This document shows, in pieces, positions 34,001 to 45,300 of a stretch of 64,000 bases of DNA. Both the position numbers and the translations under genes were made by a program. Position 1 is the stretch's first letter. The number at the start of each line of letters is the position of its first letter. Source of the stretch: a virus; IMG/VR virus record IMGVR_UViG_3300032288_001804, positions 1-64,000 of that record. One strand, written 5' to 3'. The notes under the pieces were generated by a model that saw only the letters and a list, made by a program, of their open reading frames with translations, did no database searches and was not told the origin of the DNA.

Positions 34001-36299
34001 TGTTGTAGGCATTAACCTCATTTATAGCATTGGTGTAACCACCTTGCGATAAATACTTTTTGTTATATATGTTTGTGTCACCATTCAGCTTCATAAGATG
34101 TTTCTTAAACTGAGCTGGTGTTAAATCATAAATGTTTTTATTATACTGCGGAGTATCTGTTGCTATATCTACAATGGCGTCATTGCTAAATGCAACTAGA
34201 TATTGACTATCCGAGAACATTGTATAGTCAAGTCCTCTATAACCTCTATCTTTAAGAAAATTAAAGAAGTCATTTTGAATAGCTAATCCTTCTGGAGAAT
34301 TATCAAGTATATTGAAATCAGTACCAGTTTGTTTTGTAAACTCAGATCTAAGTGCTCTATACTCTTTAGCGTCTCCTTGTAAAAATCCTTTAGTATCTAC
34401 ACTTACTTGTCTTACATTTTTACCGTAGTCTTTTGCCTCTGCTTTATCAACAGTAAAATAGTTAACATCTCTATTGTCTAGAGTATTATATCCTTGATAT
34501 ACAGTTTTAATGTCATCATTAGTTTCTTCAGTTTCCTGTATAGTATCTTCTATAAAAGAAAAATATCTGAACCCTGGAGCATTAAACTTATAAATGTCTT
34601 TCTTAAATGGGGCAAAGTAAATTAAGTCCATGATATCTTTACCACGGCCCATATTTATTTTTGCTTCAAAGATTTGCTTCCAGTCTTTCCAGTAGTTATC
34701 AAATATTTCTGGATAGTTACCTTCTCCAGTTCTTAAAAAGAAATCTAAAACGTATCTCTTAGGTCTGGTTTCACCAGTTTCTTCATCAATCTCAAATGCT
34801 GTAGGATGTTCAATATACCCGGTAATTGTAACACTTTCACCCTTTTTATGGTCACGTCCTATAAATGCAGTTTGGAATGTCCATGATGGAAATATGTTTT
34901 TTAGATTTTTATACCAAGATTGATCTTCCAAAAATGGTATGATCTCTTCATTAAATTTATTACGACCTAAAGCTGAACCAACACTTGATCTACGCTGCAT
35001 GTAACCTAGACCTTTGGTTTGAATCCAGTTTAAAAATTGTTGAGCATTTGCTTCTTTTCTAAAATGATCTAGTGTAATAACACCATCAATATCATGTAAG
35101 TCTTCACTAAAGCTTCTATATGTAGCACCGTATCTTCTTAATACTTGTGAACCAGATAACTTATAGGCTTTACCCTCAGGATCTAAAGAGTTAAATAGCT
35201 TTTGTAATACATCTGCTGCAAAAGGATCTGCAGATAATGTAGTGTAATAGTTTTTTTGTTCTAGTAGATTACCCTTTTTGTCATAGAGCATGCCATCGCG
35301 GACCTCTATACCACGCATCCACTTTTTGAAATCCTTCTTATAGATATCATCTACTAAATCAAAAAGTAAATCATTAAGCTTTTCAGCATTGTACTTAGTA
35401 AAAGGTTTACCATGTATTGCTTTATGTACGAAGTTGTATATAGCAGCTAAAGCTGTTTTAAGAACTGTTACTGCATAAGGGCTTTTAAAACCTTTTTTCT
35501 CAAAGAAAGATTTATCAATATCTGGATTTTCAAAGTCTACCTTCTCACGTAAATCTGGTCTATAGTTAAGTAAACCTTCTGTAATAAACTCAATAATAAC
35601 TTGTTTATGAGCCCAAGCGTTTTTAGGTGCACCTCTACGCTCTGAAGGGTCATCAACGGTTTCTTCAATGATCTCTAAATCAGCTTGTTGAACAGCATTG
35701 TTTTTAGTTAGGGTATCATATTTATCATATAATTCTTCATACTTATTCCAAAGCTTAATGTTAAACCATAGGTCTTTGGCTATTTTAGACTTTCTACCTA
35801 AAAATGTATAAGCAATATTAGCAGTTTGTTTTGCTAGCCCTTTATCAGAAAGATTTTTTGGTATCGCTAGGAGTTTCTGGAGCATATCAAAAGCTGCAAC
35901 AGGGGGGCCTAATTCGCCTTTATCCCATCTTCCTGCTGTACTCATTTGCTCTGCTAAACCAGTCCACTCTTGGCTACCTTCTTCAATAATATCAATACGT
36001 AGTGATCTTATAAAATCATATAAGGAATCTCTAAACTCTTTTTGTTGACCTTCAAACTTTTGATAAGCCTTAAGATTACCCTTAAAGTTTCTTACCTTAA
36101 ACTTTTTAAGATCTTGTCTTTTAGCTTCATAGTAGTCTCTGCGTTCTGGATAGGCTTCTTGTAAAGTATCTAAAATAGCAAAAGGATCAATTAAAGAACC
36201 TTTATCTTCAGTAAGTAGTAAATAATTACTTACATCATAGTCCCCTAACAATCTTCTTGCTGCTTCTAATGAAGGATTAAAAATTTGACAACTAGCCAT
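28083..36299 (-). CDS. giant virion ejection/cargo polyvalent protein (NTase, ART-like and zincin domains)
   Basis: 2738 aa; GS...DLHDID and RGKDIMD; VYQG...YFT...GYRG; HEFAH; single Cys at residue 4. Confidence 0.75.
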   Translation of the reverse strand: MASCQIFNPSLEAARRLLGDYDVSNYLLLTEDKGSLIDPFAILDTLQEAYPERRDYYEAKRQDLKKFKVRNFKGNLKAYQKFEGQQKEFRDSLYDFIRSLRIDIIEEGSQEWTGLAEQMSTAGRWDKGELGPPVAAFDMLQKLLAIPKNLSDKGLAKQTANIAYTFLGRKSKIAKDLWFNIKLWNKYEELYDKYDTLTKNNAVQQADLEIIEETVDDPSERRGAPKNAWAHKQVIIEFITEGLLNYRPDLREKVDFENPDIDKSFFEKKGFKSPYAVTVLKTALAAIYNFVHKAIHGKPFTKYNAEKLNDLLFDLVDDIYKKDFKKWMRGIEVRDGMLYDKKGNLLEQKNYYTTLSADPFAADVLQKLFNSLDPEGKAYKLSGSQVLRRYGATYRSFSEDLHDIDGVITLDHFRKEANAQQFLNWIQTKGLGYMQRRSSVGSALGRNKFNEEIIPFLEDQSWYKNLKNIFPSWTFQTAFIGRDHKKGESVTITGYIEHPTAFEIDEETGETRPKRYVLDFFLRTGEGNYPEIFDNYWKDWKQIFEAKINMGRGKDIMDLIYFAPFKKDIYKFNAPGFRYFSFIEDTIQETEETNDDIKTVYQGYNTLDNRDVNYFTVDKAEAKDYGKNVRQVSVDTKGFLQGDAKEYRALRSEFTKQTGTDFNILDNSPEGLAIQNDFFNFLKDRGYRGLDYTMFSDSQYLVAFSNDAIVDIATDTPQYNKNIYDLTPAQFKKHLMKLNGDTNIYNKKYLSQGGYTNAINEVNAYNRLNGNIRYLDVVKEENDLRNGPQKYYIKVLKTPIPIQPNSPSSQENGIDRAWFIKEIEAIDDMISLTYEEDNEAINDLLSNTLTQEQSEHVQAMQVVKNLAASMNMLNVFGEPEVQFISKDEAIELTKNTNAPYNNAPAFFYNGKVYIVDGALSTKTLFHEFAHPFVKYLAKENPELFQKLAKKAWSELGKLGLQENFLKQYPELEGDPQGFSEEIIVHALTIAAQAQLSSTPMPNSFSEMISNILYQIKKFFRKLFGAGPKLSDLGVNTSFMDLANEMLSEKFNIDTSIGTAESLEQDAVQYAKEINDFIKELDNAVDDETAKKTHAQLKNTIDSMYKLFSDQLQATTKEEYQELALLLTTDDSRDLAYITSTLSNYQSNRTRHIKDLVEENRKLAIAFVNSLQQLNMISKKIAGRIEEIKNLGVSETSIYRVKNLSDYLDSFIELADKITNDLENLGVTEESDLQKLVSEIEKASKRGKKAALYVYGENLTDTLWEFVEPTAKKIDERWLKRKAFLENSPLATKRLLAVEEAAYNSIKLTKDSFKKMVDGDLVNNGLASQMNALFESYLVNQDPVVGAFAKYLRNNYMEMESKIHTHKVMFASQVVPALKKAGINARNLVSMADTFLMEDSIAEKNANGNLYEFKVLKFLDEFVGYEWWDAQQQFNIEKARFAYYQSLNDADKKAYNKLKQEYDKMRRLYFNNKYKPEFYERQELFERDDIGAEAKRRLDDINEKLQMWKDMKRQGFEIKDETEQRKLALEEKRFLYSLVDRFGNLKTGDEKLIAERLREYRSLSSGFYESKPRPGVFLKALSDYEQQLLLRPSINGDRNSEEFLRERETWLANNTRVSAKKEYYEIQAGLYQAIKELEAKKDPKIKEATAKVLKEQLAQRNVSQDIIDQIESVGDLYSIINDIASISRDESKMVAASEITEEAMALIKNIQEVIVYAKENSGKINNLTEEENDFLLDYVERFALANYGMGQMPAQDEQDRAAELFEKQSYNGLTKDENKALATAYKTLRSLSEKKANTYYLDIYNNYLTLVDTQFVIDDLGVNYISESDADYFLADDVVDNIKSQNAQFATWFDKNHIRVKIYDGKGGWVDSWQRLQVWNYSQPADDKLFESIEIPTATLEKDEKGNLVKETLLAVPNLEYYTFDVKPEFLTEEILPNTQDANGNIIPPNKDNKGNWLPKRLTQGAPADSPFINKRYLELRRTNKAMFDALEKYKEFYVGIQEGKDRSTKMYLELPRYTTDIAEDIGDVLRNTKRKISGKANLEKPKVFSRWFEDVIRFFTPRAGSFEEGDANFTEDYEVESLSFFAKQNSKIPIQGRSNIEMNNVSRNFVKSTMRYMASLEKHQKLVELSPMAKAMKEFYYVKDAETGKRVYKKNKLDNLGEIITSEKQDKKTKKEKVVGFFKETPRYEALDYLIAREFEGQKYGKGGGAVAINNLFGGMAKVASFGYFALDPSSALVNYYDALMELKIEGWGFKYINPISLQAGKVFGVKAMSTVTAEIYKTGPKSVTGQLIELFDPGEDYQKRALDDGLARNLAGDVVRLNFMTNTRKWFEMLATMQTMGALMHYQKVKQTVNGETKYINYLNAWEKGPDGLIKLKDGVDPKYDINGPEFLKVKSRMQTVISNINGAFGEFNKPQAMKWALYRIVSFIQTHLTRMLINHYGVKGNILAGKGVGRYDWGNDDIHMGFFSAVANYLTKAVRTYGSGLASPSREEGVYMMKSVRWIGMLIAIGYMKSVIFGYNPDDDEEEAIEEQAKKKRQADLKAKARLLVTGDVESYLKRRIKERKKEGTVEQLPTPDTWKKLYRRSGPLPILGAEVESDLYGDIEKESAVFRPKDWLELQALYITTRVGHDQEDWLAWPGYGLSNLTSIFNLKTGAMLNPTVNRTINLVSYIAADITDNRSGIYQKDSGVYPWEKAGDPKWYSTLGQFFGLSGQFIDPAGRQKTMETRRKNIATEQ

Positions 36300-36302
36300 C
36301 TT

Positions 36303-39300
36303 TTAGCATTTATTGAGTTCTTGTATTTTATTTAAGATATCTTCACGAGTTACTCGTATGAATTTTTTAGGTGCCACAACTTCATAGTTCTTGTTCTTGT
36401 ACCCAAATTCTTCGTAAAGCCTCTTAGACAAATATACGAAAGTTTTAGGGGCTTTTGCCCTCTTTTGGTTTACATTTTCACCATTAACATCAGCACCAAT
36501 CATGTATTGCCCATAGCCAGCAGCATTCCAGAATATCTTATTATCGTAATCTTTAGCTGCAGTCTTAAGAGCTTGAATACTATTCTCAATAGCTTTTACA
36601 TTTAAATCGTAGTTATCATCATTCATTTGCTGACTTACAACATCTTGATAGCCCAATTTACTTGTTAAGCCAAATGAGTTTGTATGCTCTTGTGAAAGTG
36701 CAAATACTGAGTCATTTGTTTCTAAAGCTTTAGCAGTTGGATTAGCTGCGCCATTATACACAAACAAGTAATTTTTTCTATCTTTAAGAAGTTGGTTTAT
36801 GGCTAGTTTAATGTCTACTCCTTCAGGTGCCTTTTCTACAATGAAACTTGGGCTTTGGTAGTTATCTCTAAATGTTTGCACTGTACCAAATGATCCAGTA
36901 AGATCTGCTGCAGGATTTTTAGAAGCTTTCCACAAAGGTTGATCTAGGGTATAGTTTCTAACTTTATATCTACTAGCTGTATTCTTATATGAATTAACTG
37001 TACTAAACTTATTAAAGTAACTATTAACAAGATTCCAAGTCATTAACTTATTAGCTTCCATATAGTTAAGCATGCTTTCTAAGATTGGAGTCAATCTTGT
37101 ATCCGGCATGATTTGTCCTATACCATACTCCCCTTTAGAGTTAAACCCTGTAGTAAACATGGTATATATAGGTAAGTTGCTGAAGAACTTTGAAATCTCC
37201 TGAGCCTCGCTCGAGGTCATGTTAGCAGTTTCAATTAAGTTATATGGGTCCATTAACTCAACTAAGTCTTCGTGGAATCTATTTATTCTATCCGCATCTA
37301 GCTTACTAGACTTAAATTTAATAACACGCTCTTTAGTTTTTGCTTCATCAGCAGTTAAGAAGTCTAATACTTTATACTTCTGTACAAGATCAGGATACTT
37401 CTCTTTGATATCAAGAAGTCTTTTTGCATATGACTTAGTAGGACTCTTTAAAATATAGTACTGGTTAAATGTATTATCCAAAGCCATATCTCTTAAGGTA
37501 TGCTCATATGCAAAAGTTGTAGCTTCTTTTTCTAACTCGGCCTCTGTAAAGTCTTCATACTTAGCAGCTGTAAAATCTTTTTTATACTGGATATAGTCAT
37601 CTCGTTTAATGATTTCAGATACTGGTATTGCATTTCTTAAGTACTCACGCTCCATTACATATCTACCATATTCGCGTATGTTTTGGAACATAGTTGATCT
37701 AATTGCACCAAATGCAAATGGTAGTTCTGGATTAGTAATATTAATGTTTTCTTTACCGCTATTAGATTGTAAGTTTTCAAACTCTTCTACCAATTTTTGC
37801 TTATCAAAATACATCATTGGTATAGTAGTCTTGTCTTTTAACTTAACGTTTTTAACAAATACCGATACAGGAGACTTAGTTGTTGGCTTAAGTTTTACTG
37901 CCTTAGATGCAACTTGCAAACTTTTGTAATACTTAATAGAGTCAAGGTCCAAATTACGCATGTAGTTCTGGAACATAAACATTACCAAGTCATTTCTGAA
38001 GTTAGAAATAAAAGATTCTTGGTCACCAAATGTATCAGAAACTGTATCCTTAAAGCCTTTACTTCCTAACTTTTTAAGTAAATAATCATTTACCAACTTA
38101 GAGTCTCTAATGGTAAATAGATTCTTATAGATATCAGCCATAAATTCTGATATACCAAAGCTTGATATAGATGAGTCGTCTAGGATCTTATTGATAACGT
38201 CATCTCCTAATCTTTCATCTTCACGTAATTGGTCAGCTTGATATTGTCTCAAGTTAGTCTCAAATAAACTTGCTGCAACTTGTGTATCTAAATTGGTAGT
38301 ACGCTTAACTGCAGTAATTACTTTAGACATATCTTCTATATCTAGGAAGTGTAATAACAATGCTAGCTGATCCGTGCTTTCAAAATCAAGTTCATCTTGT
38401 AAGTGATCTTCAAAGTATTGTTGATTAAAGATTTGATCTTTTAATGATCCTGCAATAGCTGTTGCTGCGTTTTTAATTCCTTTTGAGTAAAGTACTACAT
38501 CACCATCATCATTAGTGTCTGTATAAGCTAACATTTCTGGGAAGTTCATAAGAACTTTTCTACGCGCTTCACTTCTAAAGAAATTTGGGTTTGATAATTC
38601 AATACCCAAAGGTCCTGCGTATGCCGATCTAGCTTTTTTAACTTCTGTAATATATTGACGTATAATAGGTTGTGATACAAAGTAAGCAGCTTGTCTAATA
38701 GGTACACCAGCTTGAACCATTAATAGTAATGCTGGAGCTACAAAGTTGTTACCTTGAATATCAAAGATCCACGGATCTTTAGCAATATCTACCCAACCAT
38801 TGATAAGTTGAGAAATAACATCTGATACTTTGTTTATACCATCTGCATCATATAAATTACTTAATGATATAGCAGGACCGTCTGGAGTTAGTAATGTGTT
38901 ATGCGGCAAATAAATAGTTTGCTCTTTCATAACTTTATTACCCTTACTATCCTCATCAATTTTATAACTAGGTTGTAAATAAGCACCAACAGTATTAAAG
39001 ATTACGCTATAGGTATTGTCTACGGCACCTTGACCTAGAGTTCTCTTACCAATGCTATTAGAACCATGCTTATAGATATTATATTCTATTTCAAATATTC
39101 TAGTACCTTTAATTTTATCACCTCTTTCAGTAAATACATTTTGTAAAGAGTCGTATGGTCTTACTTTAGAAGCAAGCTCCTGTGCAATAGGTAATACAAT
39201 ATCAGTTGCATTAGGTGTGATAAGATCTACATAGTTACTCTCTAAAGAAAGTATATCCATGATGTCTGTGATAACATCATTTTGGAAATCCTCTGCTATA

Positions 39301-42300
39301 GATACTGAGCCATCTTCATTTTTGGTAAGCTTATACATTAAAGTGGTAAGCTTATCAATGTCAAAGTCACCTCCTGATTTAGCTACAATTTCTGCTGGAA
39401 GTACAATTTGATTACTACCTTCTGGTAAGAACTCATATACTTCCATAAACTCCATAGAGTTTAGACCTTGCACAGGAATACGCACACCAGCTAAAGAAAC
39501 AAGCTTGCGATTATCATCTTCATTTAACCAGCTTTCATCTTTAAGAAGTTGGTTAAGAGCTTGAAGACGAGTAAGTGATTGCCCTTTTCTTGCAGCATCC
39601 TCAATCATCTCAGTAACCTTTGGTAAGTCTAAAAGCTTTTTATATTCTCCTTGAATACCAATCTTAATTTTCATGGCCATTGTCTTACCATCTTTTTTTC
39701 TATAGAATGGTAAGTCGTTAGTGCCTAATACTTCTAAACGCTCCTTAGAGTCTTTGTTAGCATTAAAGAAATCACGGTTAGTATAACCAGCACCTGACAC
39801 TTGAACTAAAGCCTCTCCTGTAACCTTTTGCTTAATAAGCTTTTTATTAATAATAGATACAAGAACCTTTTCAATTTCAGCCGCTGCTAGAGATACATCT
39901 AGAGAAGATTTTAATTTACCTTCTTTATTAAGCTTAACAAAATCTAAGTGGTGCTCAGCAAGTTCACGCTTGGTTAATTGACTTTCTATATAAGCAAATA
40001 ACTTATCTAAAGGTCCTGTTGGTTTACCATTTTCATACGTCCAACCTATTTCATCTAATAACTCTTGTTTCTTTTGAGCCATAAGATTTTCAAGGTTGCC
40101 TTGAAAACGTTTAATTAAGCTATAGTTTTTAGATTCTCTACGCTTAGTTCTATCATCTCCAATTTTATTCCAATTAGCAATCCTAACTTCTTTAGGCATA
40201 TCTGGTTGAAAGTCTGTAGGTACACCATTCTCCATTAGCCCAGACTCAATAAGTTTACGCAACTGAGTAGGGAATGTAGTTTTATTCTTATACTTAGGTG
40301 CAATCTCTAATTGCTTCTTGAAATACTTTAAGAATATATCGTTAGGAGTAAACATGTACCCGTCTTCTGTAAATGCCAACTCACGGTTAGTGGCATCTTC
40401 AGAATTTTTATAAAACTTATCTGGTTTACCATTAGGTGTAATAGTAGCAATCTTAGATCCTGATCCAAATAAAGCATAGTCTACCTTTTGTTCAACCATC
40501 TTATTGTGAAGCTTTTCAAGATCGGAGCCTTCAATAGTAGATGGGATTAATGGTACCAATGAGAATTTATGGAACGCTGTAAGTGGTAAGCCATTTGTTG
40601 CAAGTGGTCCCCAGTATTGCATTTTAAGTACAGGGAAGAATTCTTTAATTCTAGTCTGATCAATATTCTTCTTAGCCAATACATCTCTATATAATAACTC
40701 TTGTGTATCTGACCATGCACCCATCATAATGCTAAGTGCTTTATAACCATCAAAAGTTATCCAACCCTGAGCATCCCCTTCTTTCATTTCACGGTATGGC
40801 TTAGCACGTTCGCTAACAATTTTATTAACTTCCTCGTCTGTTAATTTACCGCTTTTATAACCAGGTGAGTTTTTAATAGAAGTTCTAATATCATCTTCAA
40901 TAGCAGCATAGTATAATGATTTTGTTTCAACATCTTCTAATACTGCACTTCTAAATTGTTCACCATAAGACTTATCTACACTTTGACCTGTATACCAGCT
41001 ACTTGAACGATAGCTAGCTTTATCAGGGGCAAATACAACATTATTTAAATAACGTAACATTGCAGGGTCTGTTCTTGGAATAATACCACCGCTATTAATA
41101 CCGGCGTTACGTTTTTGAAACTCCTCCTTAGCCATGTTATACAAAGCTGGATCACCATGATAGAGCAATACAGTTTCTACATTATGTATAAAACTATTAT
41201 AAACATGCGTTTTAATTGCAATGTTTCTAGTTTCGTTTCTACTTAGCCTTTTAGCTTTTGCATCATCACCAGCATAGATCTCTTGAATCTTATCATGCAT
41301 AGTGTTATCTATATACTCAGCCTCTACTAGTTTTTCAGTAAACTCATTTATCTTATTTGCAAAGTATACTTTTATAACATCATCTGCTATTCTCTTTTTA
41401 AGGTCACTTGATTCTGGTAAATCTAAATAGTCACGTAGTCTACCACCATACTCAGCAGGAATATTCATTAACTCCTCCTGAAGCTCAGGTCTAATCATGT
41501 CTGAGAATATCACAAACTTTTGACCCTCTACACCATAAGTAGATTTACCTACTGGTATCATACGCTCAACAGCATTAGCTGGTAAAGCCTTTACCCTATT
41601 GATACGATCAAGCTCGGCCTCTAAATATCCTAGTAAGATATTAAACGCTGCAGCTTCACCATTAGTACCAAGTGCAAACTCTCTAGGGTTTACATAATAC
41701 TTTCTATTAGATAAGTGATATACAAGTATTGTAGATTTATCTGCAGGGGTAGTTCCCATAGGTAAACCATGAATAACACTTACGTGAAAATCTGTAAGAC
41801 GCTTTGTAAATTCATCTGAGTCTGATGCAGCAATACCATTATTAGCTTCACCATTAACAGTAAATGAAACACCTGCTAGATTATTAATATCTATGGTAAT
41901 CTTTTCATTAGATCCAACCTCTTCTTTAATAGAACGCTTAGGACCATTAGGCTTTGACATGTCAAAAAGCTCATGGATTGTAATAAGGCGCTTTCTCTTA
42001 GGATCTGGATTATTACTTACAAACGGATTACGTAGTCCAGACAAGTGATTCATCTCAGGCTTTGCAGTAAGAGTATTAAAATCAGGTGCTTCCTGTAATT
42101 CTCTAATCATTTGAGTAATGGTATTGTTTTCCATAAACTCATACTGCGCATCACCAGCTGCATTTAATACCATGAAGTCTGAATAATCATCGGTATATGT
42201 AGCTTGAATCTTTTGTAAAGAGTTGTAGAATCCGCGTAAGCCTTTTAGAACTTCACCATTGTCCCTAATCTTTTTAGTAGGGTTAATCAAGTCATCAATT

Positions 42301-45300
42301 TTTCTTACAATGACTATATTCTTTGGCTTGTTTTCAGCAATAGCCTTATCATTATGAAGCTTTATAGCCTCAATGCGATCAAAGATAACTTTAGCTGGAT
42401 TAGGAATCATCTTATTTAATGCGGCAACAATTTTAGATTTGTTGTCAAAATAAATTCCTACATCTTGTAAAAACTTAATTCTATTAAGATTGCTATATTG
42501 CGATACATAGTCGTTATATATAGCATCAATATCTAAGAAGTTATTACCATTTATATCAGGTTTGATATACTTAGTAGTAACTGTTTTAAATCTATCATTC
42601 CAGTCACGGCCTATTTTAGCATCTGCTGTTGAAGCTCCTCCCACTTTAGCACTATACTCATACTCAGTTCTAATAATATTACCTTCTTCATCTCGCTCAA
42701 GTACATTAGTAGTTCTATCTACAACTAAAGCAACAAGTGGTACACGAGTTTTATTGAATGCATCATTAAACTGTGTCCATAAGTTTTGAGCATTAGCCGT
42801 CATCTGTGTATCAGGATTGCCAAGTTTAATTAGCAATTCTTGTATAAACGGATAGTCTTCTTTTGAATCTTGTAAACGAGTATACATTTCTTGTGGGCTA
42901 TTAGCACCCTGAAGTATTCTAGTTATACGATTCCAAGCAATACCAAAATCCATTAACGTGTTAAAGCCTAAATTGTTTAGAGCTTTATCACCATTAGACT
43001 CTAAAGCATGTAAGCTTTTAATTAAATAGATTACACTCTCGTTAGCAAGATCAAGTAGTGATGCTTCATTACCTCTTCTATCATGACCATCTCTACTCTT
43101 AAATTCACCAGTATCTTCAAATAGTAATACTGCTTTTTCTGCAGCTGTAACAAAATCTGAGAAGCGAGACTTCTTATTGTAATAAGCAATAATACCTTTA
43201 TCACTTTCAGTATCCCAGTTATCTGTTGCCCATACTAATGCATCTTGCTGATTTAAAAGTCTTTGCTTTTCACTATCTGTTGTAGCATTTGCTATTTGGA
43301 CATCTAGTGCTTCAATAGCTTCTTCTATTTTAGTCTTAGCATAAGTTAAAGCTGCATCTCTACCTTTTGGTATGGATAGGAGAGCCGTTGTGTAATATGC
43401 TTTATCGCCGGAACCATCTTCGGTTACACCAATTCTTAGGTTAACAAAATCGGATACTAATGAATCTAAAGTATCCACTAATTCCATAGAGTTACGCATA
43501 GTAAGTAAAGGTGTACTATAGTTTTCATCTATAGACTCAGCCCCCTTATTCATTACTTGCTGTCTAATCTCTGCAGGTAAGTTTTGCTCAGAGTAACTAT
43601 ACTCAGTTAATCTTCCAAACTGTAACTTGTTATAAATATCATTAGCATAAGTCAACGCTTCCTGGTTTAAAACCATGTCGTTGTAACTCTGTGCCCCAAA
43701 TAATTCAAGGAAGAAATCAAGAATTTTCCTAAAGATACTACGTTGTGTAACATCTTTAATTTGCATTTTACCACCAGATAGCATGTAAGCTCTAAACTCT
43801 TCAGCTAGGAACTCCTCAAGTTCAAGATCACTTGCTTTAGCAAAGTCTCTATATACACCTTTGTAAGTTCTAAAATTACCGCTACGCTTTCTAGTTTTTT
43901 CATAAAGCTCTTGTCTTTGAGCATCAGTCATGAACATACGGGTAAACCCGTGCCATGCCTCGTGATATAAGTCTGAGTAATTAGCGCCTTCAAAAAGTAT
44001 AATAGCATTTTGATACCACTTTGCAACTGATGTAGGGTCATAAGTATTAACCTCATTCATTAAATTTTCAAGTGGGAAGTAGTTTTTAAATATGCTATTA
44101 TCAAACCACTTCTTAGCTTCTTCTAACTTAGCCTTTAATTCGTCTGGACTAAGCTGTGCAATATCAAAGCGTAATCCGTATTGTCTAACAAAATCTCTAG
44201 CTTGTTTTTTATTTCTAGAAAGCCCTTGGAATTCATCATCCTCAAGGCTATCATTCTTAACAATCTCATTTATAACTTCCCAAGCTGATTTCTTAGGTGC
44301 TTCTTCAACTTTTTCAACCGGAGTTTCTTCAGTAGTTTTAGCAGCTTTCTTTTTAGTAGTCGGTTTAGTAGTAGCAGACTTCTTACCTTTATTTGTTTTA
44401 GTAGGTGCAGCTGCTTTCTTTTTCTCGTAGTTTAAGATCTTCTCAAAAGTTTCCGAGCTAGGGTCAAACTTAATATGACCATTGAGCCCTACTATTTGAT
44501 TATCTTTATTAAGTGGTATATTGATATAAAAGTTATCTTTAATGTAATCTACATAGTTAACTTCATTTTTTGTTTTAAGCCACTCACCATCTTTGTCATT
44601 GATTGTGAAGTTGTCAAATAAACCACTAATGTTACCAAGTACATTTGATTTAATATGAAGACGTCTCTTATAGACTTTGTAATAGCCAGTACCTTTAGTT
44701 CTTTTTCTAGCTATAGGATCTTCAATAATAGTATTCTCGTCTAACTTATCTACGTAAGCTTTATCTTTTTGATTATTTATAACGGTTTTACCATTAAGAA
44801 ATCCAGCTTTTATTTCTTTCTCAGTAACCTCAGTTCCTGATACATAAAACTTTTCAAAAAGATGTTTATATATAGCATCTTCTACTGCAGCTTCATTTTC
44901 TAAATCAATGCTTTTTCCAGATAGCTTTAACGTAGGACCAAGTCCTTTAATATAGTTATATTCAATTCCTGATTCGGGTAAGTATATAAATTCAGACAAA
45001 TATTTGTTTTTCTCATCCACACTAAGCTCACGCTTATCACCTAATTCATTTACTTCAACTACAGGTCTAGCAATTAATCGAGCAAGTTTTCTAGCAATAT
45101 CACTAGACATTCCTCTACTAATAATAGGGATGGCTCCATTAACACCATTAATGTAAAATACTTGGTTAGTTTTAGTTTGTCCAGAAGCCTGGTAATTTTT
45201 TTCAGGTACGATAACTGGCTTAAATACTTGATTAATAAAGTTAACTTTACTAATTGGAGTAAGCAAGTTATAGTCTACATACATAGCACCTAAAGAAGTT

